Assembly: GCA_965240325.2 (NCBI GenBank)
Contig: OZ251222.1
Span: forward strand, 2,108,001 to 2,172,000
DNA length: 64,000 nt
Source of the DNA: Rebecca billardiae RCC1528
Taxonomy: Eukaryota > Protista > Haptophyta
Direction: 5' to 3'
The notes beneath the pieces are model-generated. The model was not told where the DNA came from. It did not search any database and saw only the letters and a program-made list of their open reading frames with translations. A program made the translations under genes and the position numbers. This document shows positions 45,385 through 56,776 of the stretch, piece after piece. Each line of letters opens with the position of its first letter. Position 1 is the first letter of the stretch.

Positions 45385-46665
45385 CCACCCGTCCCAGAAA
45401 GCCTCTGCTGCTGAGCCCGTCTTCGGCTCAGCGGCAAGGGAGGTCCGGGCCGGGAGCTCCCAGCGAGCGGCCAGCGCGACATCACCTCAAGGTTTTTTCC
45501 TGAGCGCCGGGCGGCAGCGGCGGCGAGGGCGTTGCTCCGCTGGCGGGGCGCGCACGGGGCACGGCGCTGCGGGCGCGGATGTGCCCGCAGAGCCGGCGCG
45601 TGCGGACGGGCTGTTGCGGGAGAGCATCTGGCGCCCTCCTACGCCGCGCGTCTTGCGCCACGCCTCTTTCGCCTTGACTCAGGGCAGCGCGCACGCGCAC
45701 GCCGCCTCAAGGCCAGCCTTGCCGCGCCGCAGCCGGCCGCGCGCGCGCCGTGCGCGGCGTGGTCGGGAAGGAGCGGGCGCTGCTGCCGGGCGAGATGACG
45801 ACATCATGTGCGCACACCATGCCGCCCCGCCACGCCTTGACGATCGTGTCGTCGGTCCGTTTGCATGCCTCTTTGACTTGTCATAAATGGCATGCACGGC
45901 CTCGCGGTAGTGACCCTTGTCGGGACGATCATTGCGGCGCAGAACAGTGCCAGACGGGCGCGCGGGCTACTCTTACATGGATGTGCATCACCGCGTGATC
46001 ATGTAGAAGTGCTGGGTGCGACGCTTTCCTCGCGCTGATGCTCTTTCATCATCTTCTACGAGCTCAGGTCTGGCTTGGCACGACAAGCGATCAGCACTCG
46101 TCAACAGCTGTGCAGATCTATTGCCGTGCCCTGTCGCGGCATCGCAGGGCGGCATGGCGTGCACGTATGGTGTCGTCATCTCGCCCGGCAGCAGCGCCCG
46201 CTCCTTCCCGACCACGCCGCGCACGGCGCGCGCGCGGCCGGCTGCGGCGCGGCAAGGCTGGCCTTGAGGCGGCGTGCGCGTGCGCGCTGCCCTGAGTCAA
46301 GGCGAAAGAGGCGTGGCGCAAGACGCGCGGCGTAGGAGGGCGCCAGGTGCTCTCCCGCAACAGCCCGTCCGCACGCGCCGGCTCTGCGGGCACATCCGCG
46401 CCCGCTGCGCCGTGCCCCGTGCGCGCCCCGCCAGCGGAGCACTCGCCCTCGCCGCCGCTGCCGCCCGGCGCTCAGGAAAAACCTTGAGGTGATGTCGCGC
46501 TGGCCGCTCGCTGGGAGCTCCCGGCCCGGACCTCCCTTGTCAGCGGGCTCAAAAACTTCGCAGCGAGGTTTTTGAGCCCAGTGACTATGAAATGGACTGG
46601 CAACGAATAGCTGCGGGTATTTTTCAATACCAGGGGCCTTGATGTAGGGGGCTGGGACGGGTGGC
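45385..46665. mobile_element. ~165-bp MITE copy split by a nested insertion (pieces 45385-45434 and 46547-46665)
   Basis: The joined pieces match the intact copy at 61654-61817. TIR is CCACCCGTCCCAG..CTGGGACGGGTGG. Confidence 0.85.
45435..46539. mobile_element. Non-autonomous DNA transposon with ~393-bp TIRs and 7-bp TSD (P-element-like ends)
   Basis: Inverted arms 45435-45827 and 46147-46539, ends CAAGGGAGG..CCTCCCTTG, TSD TCAGCGG on both sides. The empty site is present near 61690. Confidence 0.92.
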
Positions 46666-46674
46666 TGCACCAAG

Positions 46675-47570
46675 GGCTTGTCCCCTACACCCCTGGCTCG
46701 GGGGACGGCTGCCCTGGCGGAGGTGGGTGCGTGCTCGCCGAGCGTCCTAGCGGTCGATTGCGGGGCGTTCCGTGGCGGCACGCTGGGCGGGGTGGGCCCC
46801 AAGACGTAGGGGAACGTCGACAAAGCAGCCCGCTGATGTCTCTCCTCGCTCGTCGCCCTTGCGGTTGGCGCGCGCAACCACTTGCGGGCTTCAGCTTGTG
46901 CCGAGCGGTCACTTCCTGCCAGCCGACTCGACATGTGGGGAGCCTGGGCGCGATGAGATGGCTCGGGGAGGTGGGGGTATGTATGCACAATGTATGCGTA
47001 CACGCGCACTGGACTTCCGACCCCGCACGCCGCCTGAAAGAGGTCACGTTAGGCACGCGCCGCGCTCTCGCGTTTCAAACGGCGTGTGCCGCACGACATT
47101 TCCAGAGTCACGGATCACTGATCGAGCTGCTTTTCTGGTCGCCCGTAGCACAGATTAGCCTACCCGACTAGCCCCATGCGTGACGGCCGGGTCTTGAGTG
47201 CTATGGCACCACTTGTAGCAGCTTCTTGCACGCTAGGCACTGCCACAAGCGCCGCGAGCCAGCTTCGTGAGCATGTGAACGCAGACACAAGGTGCCGAGG
47301 CAGTCTTCAGGGCGTGGCAATGGCATGGGAGTCAGCGTCTGGTGTTGTACACGCATGCGACGGCGCGCACACGCGCGACTACGTGCCACAAGGTCTGCGA
47401 TACCCGCGGGCCGCCACGCTCACGCGCCCGTCGCTCCTCCAGCCGCCGCTCGGCGACGCCGCCAGGACTCAGGCACTCAGCGACGACACTGGTCGCGGCC
47501 TCCCGGACCCCCACCGCCAGGGGGGGGGGGGGACCTGGATTTACCCGTCCAGGGGTTTAGGAGATAAGCC
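46675..47570. mobile_element. Possible old TIR element (~900 bp)
   Basis: GGCTTGTCCCCTACACCCCTGG (46675-46696) matches the reverse complement of 47549-47570 at 19/22 positions. No clean TSD. Confidence 0.45.
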
Positions 47571-47633
47571 AAAGGACCATCAAACCCTTTGGCTGCACCG
47601 TGTGTGCGCCCTCGGGCAGCGGCGAACACAACA

Positions 47634-48967
47634 ATGGGGCGGACCAAGGGCAAGCGCACCCCCGCGCAGGCCGCAGACAGTGGCCGGGATGGGGGCCGGT
47701 CCCGGGCGATCCCACTGCTCGTGGCCGCCGTCGCGGTTGGCGTGGGCCTCTATTTCGCGCGAGACTTTCGAAGAGTCACTCCGAAGGACGAGGTCGTAAA
47801 AGCGGGCGGCTCAGCGGCTGGCACTCCCGGAGCCCAGGAGTCTGGTGGCGCGCACGAGGTGCTGGGCGCGGCAAGAGCCACCGCGGAGCCCGTTGGCGAG
47901 CAGCTGTCCCCGGCTTCATCTCCTCAGCCGAGCGGCTCGACGGATTGCGATGACGAGAACCCTGAGTGCGCGTCGTGGGCGGCGATGGGCGAGTGCCAGG
48001 CAAACCCGGGCTACATGCACCGTGCGTGCGGGCATTCGTGTGGGACGTGCGGCATGCAGCTCTCACCCGTGTGCAACGCGTCCGGCCCGAACGCGGTGAG
48101 TAACGGCGACATCGAGGCGACCTTCAGCCGCGCCGCGTCGCTCGCCGAGTACGAGCCGACCGTGCTGAGCCGAGACCCGTGGGTGCTGATCTTCGATCGA
48201 TTCCTCTCGCGCGAGGAGGCCGCGGAGCTGATCAAGGTGGGCGGGCACAACTTCGAGCGGAGCCTGGCCGGCGACGGGGTGACCCCTGTGCGCACGAGCT
48301 CGACGAGCTGGTGCAACGTGCGCGAGTGCGAGAGCCACGAGCTCATCAAGCGCGTGAAGGGCAGGGCGCTCTCAATCATGCGCATCCCTGAGGGCAACTC
48401 GGAGCACCTGCAGACGCTGCGGTGGGCGCGCGCGCGCGCGGGGTGGCGGGATGCGGCGGGAGGGGGCGCGGCGCCACGGCCCGCGCCTGACACGCAGCCG
48501 CCCCCGCGGTCCGACCGGCAGGTACGAGGTCGGCCAGTTCTACAAGATGCATCACGGTGCGTGCCTGACAGACGCGTGCGCTCGCTGCTCAATCGTGCGG
48601 CGGCTGACGCGCCGCGCGCGCGTGCACCACCGTTGTGCGCGCAGACCAGAACGCGGATCCGAAGAGCGCGTGGGGACCGCGCGTGTACACCTTCTTCCTG
48701 TACCTCAACGACGTCCCCGAGGGCGGCGGCACTCGCTTCCCGCGGCTCAACATCACCGTCACCCCGAAGGCGGGCCGCGCGCTCGTGTGGCCGAGCGTGT
48801 TCGACCACGACGTCTTCAAGGCGGACATGCGCACCGAGCACGAGGCGCTGCCGGTGATCGCTGGCGAGAAGTACGCGTCGAATCTGTGGCTGCACATGCG
48901 CGAGTTCCAGCAGCCGCTGAAGGCGGGCTGCGCAAACTCGCACACCAAGGACTATCGGAAGAAGTGA
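47634..48967 (+). CDS. P4H: Prolyl 4-hydroxylase (2OG-Fe(II) oxygenase) with ShK domain and N-terminal TM anchor, 3 exons
   Basis: ShK (CDDENPECASWAAMGECQANPGYMHRACGHSCGTC), VRTSSTSW, YEVGQFYKMHHD, FFLYLNDVPEGGGTRFP and HEALPVIAGEKY. Introns 48422-48521 and 48557-48644. Confidence 0.92.
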
Positions 48968-49351
48968 GTTCATCATTGATTGGAGCCATCGGGCGCCGTG
49001 GCCTGAGGCTGGCCTGGCTGCCCGATTGGCAACATTGACATTCGCCGCGGGCGCCTAGCGGACTAGTCACTATGACTATTGATCCACGGTGACTACCGTA
49101 TGCACTCTGACCTGCTAGCCTCAGAGTATAGCCGCCATCATCATATCATCATTATTGATGATGTCATAGTACAGACGAATTACTCAGAGACTATACTCAG
49201 CGTCTGCGTTGATGCCATTAGGGGTTCTATGATGAGCCGAGACCGAGTGCGCGGGGGGGGGCAGGGTAGGGGGCAGGCTTGTCAGGCCACCGTCGGGCAC
49301 CGAGGTCATGCGACGACGCGTCCGCGTCCGAGTCGCTGCCGTTTGCCTTGC

Positions 49352-50881
49352 TCAGGCCGCGGCCAGCCCGTCCGCCGCCTTCACTTCCTGCAGCCGCGCG
49401 CGAAGAGAAAGGATCTCCTTGCGATGGCTGCCCGCACTCGCCGCCTCGACGTCGTTCGCAGGGCGTGCGCGGCCTGTCGGCGCGCCGACGCTCGCGCGAC
49501 GAGCGCAAGAGTGCCGCAGGTTCATCACACCGCCGCTCGCGCCTGAGGGCGCAGCCGCGGCGGCGCTTGCGGTCGAGGCGTGCTGCCCGAGGTGCGCGTG
49601 CGTCTTCGCGCGCGCAAACGTGCCGGCGCGACCGGCGTCACGCCGAGCTGCGCGTATCGCCGCCTCGGCGTGCAGTGCGTCCATCCGCGCCTGGCGCGCG
49701 TCCGCCGAGTCCTGGCTGTCAGAGTCGTCGTCCATGGCGCCGTCGACGCCGCCGCTGTGCACGCCGCGCTGCGCGAGCACGGCGCTGACGAGTGTGGCGA
49801 CCTCGTCCGAGCGGCCCGCCGCGTACGCGCTCGGGTACCCGCGAGAGGCCAAAGGCTGCGCCTTGCGCGACGCGCTCGGCGCCGCGGCGCGCCGAGCGCT
49901 CGCGGCGCGCGGCGTGCGCGGCGAGATGAGCAGATCGCCCGCGTGCACGCCCGCCGCGGCGGCTGCGGCAGCGGCTGCGTGCGCGTGCGGGTGTGAGCGG
50001 GCCTCGACGCGCTCGGTGTGCACCTGCTTGCGCAGCGACGCCGCCTGGCCGCGCAGCACCGTCAGCTCGTGCTGCAGCTGAGTCTCCACGCCCTTGGCGC
50101 GCGCCTCGGTCGAGCGCAGCTGCGAGCTCAGCTCGGTGACGAGCTTGGCATTGGCCGCGTCCGTGGTGGCGGCGGTCGTCTCGAGCTGCTCGAGCTGCGC
50201 ACGGAGGGCCGCGTTCTCCTCGCGAAGCGCGCGCACCTCGCCCGAGCTCGCCACGCTCTCCAGCTCGCGCAGCCGCCCGGCGAGGTCATCGACACCCAGG
50301 CCGGCCGGCAGCCCGGCGTGCGCGCGCGGCGGCGCCGAGGGCGGCGCGTGCGACGGCGTGGTTGCGCGCGCGCCGGGCCCCGCGGCGCCGGTGCGCGAGT
50401 TGCGTCGGCGCTCAGCACCGTCCATCCCCACCGATGGCGCCCCGCGCGGCGTCTCGCTGCGCTCTGCGCCGTGCGGGCGCGCGCGCGACTGCCCCTGCTG
50501 TACCTGCCGAGCCGTCGCTTCCAGCTGCCGGCGCAGGTCCGAGAGCGGCAGGGCGCCGTCCGCGTCGCCGCGCGGCGTGGTGGCAGGCGAACGACCCACT
50601 CGCTCGAGCTGCGCGCGCGCGTCCTCCTGCTCGCGGAATTCGGCCTCCGCGCTCGCGCGCGCCTGCGCGTCGATCACGAGCGAGAGCCGCTCGTGGTCGT
50701 CGGCCAGGCGGCGGTGCTCGAACTGCAGCTGTCGCAGTGTCTTGGCGAGGGCCTCGTGCTTCACCTTGGCCTCGGCGAGCGCCTCGGTGGCGACGCGCGC
50801 CTCCTCCCGCGCCTCGGCGATCTCGCGCGCGTGCTGCTCGCGGAGCTGCGCCACGCTCGGCTCCGCGTCGGCGGACGTCAT
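49352..50881 (-). CDS. Hypothetical coiled-coil protein
   Basis: 509-aa ORF rich in E/Q/A/R/L heptads. No recognisable domain. Confidence 0.75.
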   Translation of the reverse strand: MTSADAEPSVAQLREQHAREIAEAREEARVATEALAEAKVKHEALAKTLRQLQFEHRRLADDHERLSLVIDAQARASAEAEFREQEDARAQLERVGRSPATTPRGDADGALPLSDLRRQLEATARQVQQGQSRARPHGAERSETPRGAPSVGMDGAERRRNSRTGAAGPGARATTPSHAPPSAPPRAHAGLPAGLGVDDLAGRLRELESVASSGEVRALREENAALRAQLEQLETTAATTDAANAKLVTELSSQLRSTEARAKGVETQLQHELTVLRGQAASLRKQVHTERVEARSHPHAHAAAAAAAAAGVHAGDLLISPRTPRAASARRAAAPSASRKAQPLASRGYPSAYAAGRSDEVATLVSAVLAQRGVHSGGVDGAMDDDSDSQDSADARQARMDALHAEAAIRAARRDAGRAGTFARAKTHAHLGQHASTASAAAAAPSGASGGVMNLRHSCARRASVGAPTGRARPANDVEAASAGSHRKEILSLRARLQEVKAADGLAAA

Positions 50882-51643
50882 GACTGTCGTCGTGAAACCG
50901 TCGTCCCTGTCGGCTGAGAGCTGAGGGTCGTCATCAGAAAATCATATCAGAAATGGCGGCGTCGCCACCGCCCCTGTCGGTGTGGAGCTGTTGCTGTGCG
51001 CGGTGGGCAGGAGCACGCTCGAGAGACGAGTGGGAGCCGCAGGGACAGGAGCGCAGCCGCGGATGTACGTGTATGACTATGAGTTATGAGTACTGTACCG
51101 GCGCCTAGCCTCCGACTGTCGACTGCCATGATTGCGAGCTGGCGATGCAGCCGATCCGGGGAGTATGCAGATCACTCACCCGGGGTGTCCGGTCTGCAGA
51201 CGGCCGCGACCGTTCCACGTCTACGTGGCCCGACGGATGCCGGCCTCCATGTGCAAAGTTGCGCGGCATGGTAATCTCGTAAGCCGTCGGTTGACAGTAT
51301 ACTACGACGTAGCTATAAGGTGACAGACACGCCGTTGTCACTCAGAGTCCGAGAGTGCCGCGGGACCGGGCACCGGCCACCGGGCCGGCCGGCGAGTGGT
51401 CACACTGGTCAGCCCGGGGTGGCGGTTCGGGCTTCAGGTGAATCAGGGACTCCGCAAGGCCGGATTGACAAGAATGGCAACTGTGAGTGTGCCGCGGTCA
51501 AACCATTCGCAAGTGCACTCAAGTGACCGGCCATCGTGCATGCGCGGTTGTGGTCGTGGCCGTGCCGGGTACAGACAGTCAGACTAGGCCGCACAGGGCC
51601 GAGGGCGCTGCGGCTGTCACACAGCCTCTGGCCAACGTCAACA

Positions 51644-52327
51644 TCAGTCAGCTTGAGCGCCATCGCCCGCGCTCGCGCCCTCCACGCGCAGCATGTCCGT
51701 GCACTTGCGCAGCGCGACGTCGACGGCCACCTCCATGATGGTGCCGCAGCCGCCGTACGCCAGCCGGTCCGGGATGCTCCGCAGGTCGTCGCCGACCTCA
51801 CGCTTGGCCTTCAGGCCGCAGATGCGGTAGAAGCGCACGAGCCGGCGATGCTGGGCCTCGCTGTCGTTGATGGCGAGGATCTGCGCGGTGTGCGGCGAGA
51901 AGGGCGCACTCTCGCGCGCCCACGCGAGCACGGCCGCGGCCAGCAGCGCCGTCGGGAGGCCGAGGAGCTTGTTCGGGGGCGGCGTGCCCTCCTCTCGGCT
52001 CGCCCCGGCGCTGGCGCCGCCACGCCGGAGCGCGGCGCGGCGAGCGTAGTAGTCGGAGAACTGCCGCACTTGGATAGAGTCCCAGTGCAGGATGCCATTT
52101 GGCTGCGCGAGCCCGTAGCTCTCACCCAGGAGGCGGCCGCCGCGGTCGCGCAGCGTCGCCTTGAATGCGCCGAGAGGCGCCGTGAGCTCGAGCGCAAAGC
52201 CATTCCGCGTGGCAATCGCGCTCACCTCATCTCGACTGAGCAGCGCAGAGCGACCGGCCGTCGCTGTGAGGGCGTGCGCAGAGCGACCCGCATGGAGCAC
52301 CAGTGCCACGAGCAGAGCGACCCGCAT
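51644..52327 (-). CDS. Conserved plastid/cyanobacterial-type GNAT-fold hypothetical protein
   Basis: LHWDSIQV, AQILAINDSEAQHRRLVRFY..G and RLAYGGCGTIM resemble a family I recall from plants, algae and cyanobacteria. Signal peptide MRVALLVALVL. The start is uncertain (alternative ~52390). Confidence 0.75.
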   Translation of the reverse strand: MRVALLVALVLHAGRSAHALTATAGRSALLSRDEVSAIATRNGFALELTAPLGAFKATLRDRGGRLLGESYGLAQPNGILHWDSIQVRQFSDYYARRAALRRGGASAGASREEGTPPPNKLLGLPTALLAAAVLAWARESAPFSPHTAQILAINDSEAQHRRLVRFYRICGLKAKREVGDDLRSIPDRLAYGGCGTIMEVAVDVALRKCTDMLRVEGASAGDGAQAD

Positions 52328-52430
52328 AGAGCACCTGCGCCACGAGCTCGTGGCCCCAATCATCACGAGGAGCCGCCGAGCGGCGGCCATTGTGATTGCC
52401 GTCGTCCTCGCTTCAGCCGAGGCGGCGAGA

Positions 52431-54249
52431 ATGATGCACATGCACGAATGATCTGACGACAAAACAGCCGGGAGTCGCCTTGTGCTCGCGGCTCTCATCC
52501 TCCTCGGCGCGACACACGGCGGTGCCAGCGGTGGCGCACGCGCGCTGTCGTCGTCCTCACCGGCGCCCGACAGCACCCCGCCCGAGGGCGGCGCCGACGC
52601 GTGCCACGCCGCGCGGCTGGGCGGGGGCTCGCGCGTGCTCGTGGTCGCCCTGACGACGGGGCACGTTGGGCCGAGCCTAGCGTCGCAGTGCGCGACCGAC
52701 CTGCACGGCGCGGGGTGGGAGGTGGGCATGCTGCTCTCTCGGAACCAGCTGAGCCCGCACGGTCCCTGGAACGGCCTGTGGAACACCTCGTCGTCGACGA
52801 ACACCGTGCGCTACGTGCGCACGCCGCAGCCCGGTCTCCACTCGGAGAGCGCGCTCGAGACGGCCATCGTGGAGTGGGCGCCGGCCATCGTACTGGCGGA
52901 CTACCGCACGTCGACGCTGCTGATGATCCGGGTGGTCAGTAGGCTCGAGGCCCTGAGCACGCGCACGCAGGCGCAAGAGCGCGTGCTCGCCACGCTTGTC
53001 TGCTCGCTTCCGCGCGTACGCGAGCACTGGGGGCGGCACACACACGGACAAGCTGCGCACACTCCAGCTGGCGGCGAAGCTCGGGCTGCCGTTGGCGTGG
53101 CAGACGACGCTCAAGCCATCGTCCGTGGCCCCCGTGAGCGCGGCCGAGCTCGAGCAGCTCACGCAGCGCCTGCCGCTCGTCGCCAAGACCTCCGCCGACA
53201 GCGCCGGCAGGGGCGTGCGCGTCTGCCACACCGCCGCACAGCTGCGTGAGGCTGTGCAGCGTGCGGCCAAGGGGAAGGAGAGTGTGCTGCTGGAGGCGTG
53301 GGTGGATGGCGTGTCGGTGGAGTGGGTGGGCGCAGTGGTCGACGGCGAGGTGATCTCTGGCTTCGGCTACGTCCCTCTCGCATACGCAGGCGAGGCAGGC
53401 TCGGGCATGATGTCGCGCACAGCCAACCTGCCCGACGCGGCGCGCGCGTTTGGCACGCTGATGCGCGCGCTCGGCTTCACGGGCGTCGCGCAGCTCGATT
53501 TTCGGATCGAGCGGAGCTCGGGGCGCACGCTGCTCATTGATCCGAACATGCGCTTATCCCCGGCGATCGGCATCCCCGGCGCGGTGCTGGGCCTGCCCAT
53601 GGGGCCCCTTGAGGCTCTGCGCGCGCGCGTGCGACAGGGCGCGCCACCACCACCGGGGCGCACGGCGCCCTCGTCCGCGCAGACTCCAGGAGTACCCCCA
53701 CTGGTGCACGCGGTCAACCTGCTTGCACTCTACCCGTTTTCAACGGGGCAGCGGCTGTGGCCGCTCGCGTACTGCGCCGACGTGTGGACGCTGACGCCGT
53801 GGCCGATGGTTCAGCACGGCCCAGTTGCGCCCCAGCTCGCCGTGGAGAGCGCCGAATGCACAGTCCGGTACTCAGCCGACCCGCCGACGGCTGTGCTGCG
53901 GCAGCGCTGCCCGGCCGGCGGTCCGGCGGACGGCTCGTGTCGCGGACGCTGCCAGCCGCTCGCGCCCGCCGTGCCCGGGGTGCTCCCAGCCGACTGCACG
54001 CGCCTCGCGCTCGCCTGGTGCGAGCAGATCTTCGACTGGGTGCGAGCGCGCTCGTCGTGCGCGCCCGCTGGCTCGGTCGCGTACCTGCGGCGCAACCTCG
54101 AGCTCGCGCCCGGAAAGGCCGTGCGACTGTGCGGCGGGCCGAGGGCCGAGGCGTACGAGGCCGGCACGGGCGAAGCGGTGGTCGCTACCCACCAGTGCAC
54201 CACCACCCGGATGCCGACGGACGGCGCCCGCAAACCAGCAACGACGTGA
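52431..54249 (+). pseudogene. ATP-grasp domain protein, apparently disrupted
   Basis: ATP-grasp motifs DKLRT..LG, LPLVAKT..SAGRGVRV, VLLEAWVDG, GFTGVAQLDF and LIDPNMRL. There is an in-frame TGA at 52449-52451 after MMHMHE and a frameshift at ~53028-53047 (G5/(CA)n run). Confidence 0.6.
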
Positions 54250-54538
54250 TGATGACGGGCGGCCGGCTGCGACTCCGGCATCATCAGTCACGGCGGTATT
54301 GGAATCTGTCAGAGGCAGTGCTGCGGAGTGATGAGTGATGAGATAGCTGGCAGCGGGGCTCGGTGGCCCGTGAGGCTGATGACTTGGCGCGGTAGCGGTG
54401 CCGGCCCCAGGGCCCGGGCAGCCGGGCAGGGGCGGCGAGGTCCGGCTGCCCGCCGGCCGGGGCGGAATCCTGCGAAGAACGAGTTTCGATTCCGAACGGA
54501 CCGAAGCGACACGCCCGTGACGGCGCGGGCGAGCGCGG

Positions 54539-56644
54539 ATGCAGTGCGCGTCGCGCGTCCTGAGCACCGCGCGCGGCGGCGCTTGGGACGTCGTGGTGAT
54601 CGGCGGTGGGCATGCGGGCTGCGAGGCGGCGGCCGCCGCCTGCCGCGCCGGCGCGCGCACCCTCCTCGTCACGCAGCGCGTCGACACGATCGGCGTGATG
54701 TCGTGCAACCCGAGCATCGGTGGGATCGGCAAGGGCACGCTCGTGCGCGAGGTGGACGCGATGGGCGGGCTGATGGGGCGCGTGGCCGACGCCTCGGGCA
54801 TCCACTTCCGCATGCTCAACCGCTCGAAGGGCGAGGCCGTGTGGGGCCCGCGCTGCCAGGTGGACCGGCTGCTGTACCAGCGCACGATGCACGGCCTCGT
54901 GACGGGCGAGCTGCGCGAGCGCGGGCTCGAGCTGGTCGAGGCGAGCGTGGAGGACCTCGAGCTGGAGGCGGCGACGGGCGGCGGGCCGCCGCGCCTCACC
55001 GGTGTCCGCCTCGGCGACGGCCGCGTCTGCCCCGCCACCACCGTCGTCGTGACGACCGGCACGTTTCTGCGCGGCCGGCTGCTGCTGGGTGGCAACCGGA
55101 GCGAAGGTGGACGGATCGGCGAGCGGCCGGCGGTGGGGCTGGCGCGCACGTTCGAGCGGCTGGGGCTGGAGCTCGGCCGGCTCAAGACGGGCACCCCGCC
55201 CCGCCTCGACGGCCGCCGCATCAGCTGGTCGCGCCTCGCGCCGCAGCCGGGGGACGACTCGCCCGAGCCGTTTTCTACTCTGAGCGACGAGGTCGGCCAT
55301 GCGCGCGAGCAGCTGTGCTGCTACATGACGCGGACGAACAGCGCGACGCACGCGGTGGTGTCGGGCGCGCAGCACCTCGCGCCCGCGCACGAGGGCGCCG
55401 AGCCGCGCTACTGCCCGTCCATCGACTCCAAAGTCCGCCGCTTCGCCGACCGCGCCAGCCACCAGGTGTGGCTTGAGCCTGAGGGGCTGCCGGAGCACAC
55501 GCACCTTGTCTACCCCAACGGCATCTCGACGGCGCTGCCGCCGTCGGTGCAGCTGCAGCTGGTGCGCACGATCGTCGGGCTCGAGCGGGTGGACATCGAG
55601 ACGCCGGGGTACGCCGTCGAGTACGACTTCGTCCAGCCCACGCAGCTCGCGCACACGCTGCAGCTGCGCGCGGCGCGCGGCGTGTATCTCGCGGGCCAGA
55701 TCAACGGCACCACCGGCTATGAGGAGGCGGCGGCGCAGGGGCTGGTGGCGGGGGCGAACGCCGCGCTCGACGCGCTGGGCATGCCGGCGCTCACGCTCGC
55801 GCGCGACGAAGCGCTCACTGGCGTGCTGATCGACGACCTCGTGCGCAAGGGCGCGAGCGAGCCATATCGTATGTTCACCTCGCGCGCCGAAAACAGGCTG
55901 ATCCTGCGAGCGGACAATGCCGACCTGCGTCTCACGCGGCGCGCGCTCGGCGCGGGCGTGCTGTGCGAGCGCGCGGACGCCGAGCGGCTGCGCCGCGTGC
56001 GCGCGCGTGCGGACGCGCTGGACGAGGGCGAGCGCGCGCTGCGCAGCATCGTGCTGCCCCCCACCACGTGGCGCGAGCTTCGCGTGCCGTGCTCGCAGGA
56101 CGGCACCGCGCGCTCCGCGTGGGAGATGGTCGGCAGCCGCGCGTCGCACGCGCGCGGCGGCGGCGCTCACGAGGTGCTCAGCCGGCTCACCGACGCGGGG
56201 TACGCGCTGCCCGAGCTGGCCGAGGGCGCGTGGCGGCAGCTGGTCACCACCGCGCGGTACGAGCCGTACGTCGAGCAGCAGCGCGCGCAGGCGGACGCGC
56301 TCCAGGCGCACGGCCGGCTGCCGCTGCCGACCGACCTCCAGTATGACAGGCTGGTCGAGCTCTCAGCGGAGGAGCGCGAGAGGCTGGCGCGCGCGCGGCC
56401 GGGCACCCTGGCGGAGGCGGCGGGGCTGGAGGGGATCACGGCGACCGGGATGGAGGCGCTCCTGCGCTACGCTCGCCGCGGCCGCGGCACCGCCGCCGCG
56501 TCGACCGCGCGCGCCGCCGCTGCCAACGCGCCCGGCGGCGACACGGAGCCAGCCGCAGTGATCAGCACCACCGCCCGTGCCGCTGCCGACAGCAGGCGCG
56601 GCAACGGTGCCGCGCCATCGCCAAAGGACACCAGCGGCAGCTAG
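54539..56644 (+). CDS. mnmG: tRNA uridine-5-carboxymethylaminomethyl modification enzyme MnmG/GidA/MTO1
   Basis: VIGGGHAGCEAA, MSCNPSIGGIGKG, TTGTFL, RLKTGTPPRL, PRYCPSI, LAGQINGTTGYEEAAAQG and EPYRMFTSRAE. 701 aa. Confidence 0.97.
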   Translation: MQCASRVLSTARGGAWDVVVIGGGHAGCEAAAAACRAGARTLLVTQRVDTIGVMSCNPSIGGIGKGTLVREVDAMGGLMGRVADASGIHFRMLNRSKGEAVWGPRCQVDRLLYQRTMHGLVTGELRERGLELVEASVEDLELEAATGGGPPRLTGVRLGDGRVCPATTVVVTTGTFLRGRLLLGGNRSEGGRIGERPAVGLARTFERLGLELGRLKTGTPPRLDGRRISWSRLAPQPGDDSPEPFSTLSDEVGHAREQLCCYMTRTNSATHAVVSGAQHLAPAHEGAEPRYCPSIDSKVRRFADRASHQVWLEPEGLPEHTHLVYPNGISTALPPSVQLQLVRTIVGLERVDIETPGYAVEYDFVQPTQLAHTLQLRAARGVYLAGQINGTTGYEEAAAQGLVAGANAALDALGMPALTLARDEALTGVLIDDLVRKGASEPYRMFTSRAENRLILRADNADLRLTRRALGAGVLCERADAERLRRVRARADALDEGERALRSIVLPPTTWRELRVPCSQDGTARSAWEMVGSRASHARGGGAHEVLSRLTDAGYALPELAEGAWRQLVTTARYEPYVEQQRAQADALQAHGRLPLPTDLQYDRLVELSAEERERLARARPGTLAEAAGLEGITATGMEALLRYARRGRGTAAASTARAAAANAPGGDTEPAAVISTTARAAADSRRGNGAAPSPKDTSGS

Positions 56645-56776
56645 TGCGGGCGCGCGCCGACTCGTGTTTTGCTCTTTTGCTACGTGGTCTGTATCAGTCT
56701 GTAAGCAGCTGCTCCGATGCGACCGCGGCGCCATCGGACTGATGTCACACAACTACAGCAGTGACAGTGTTATGAA

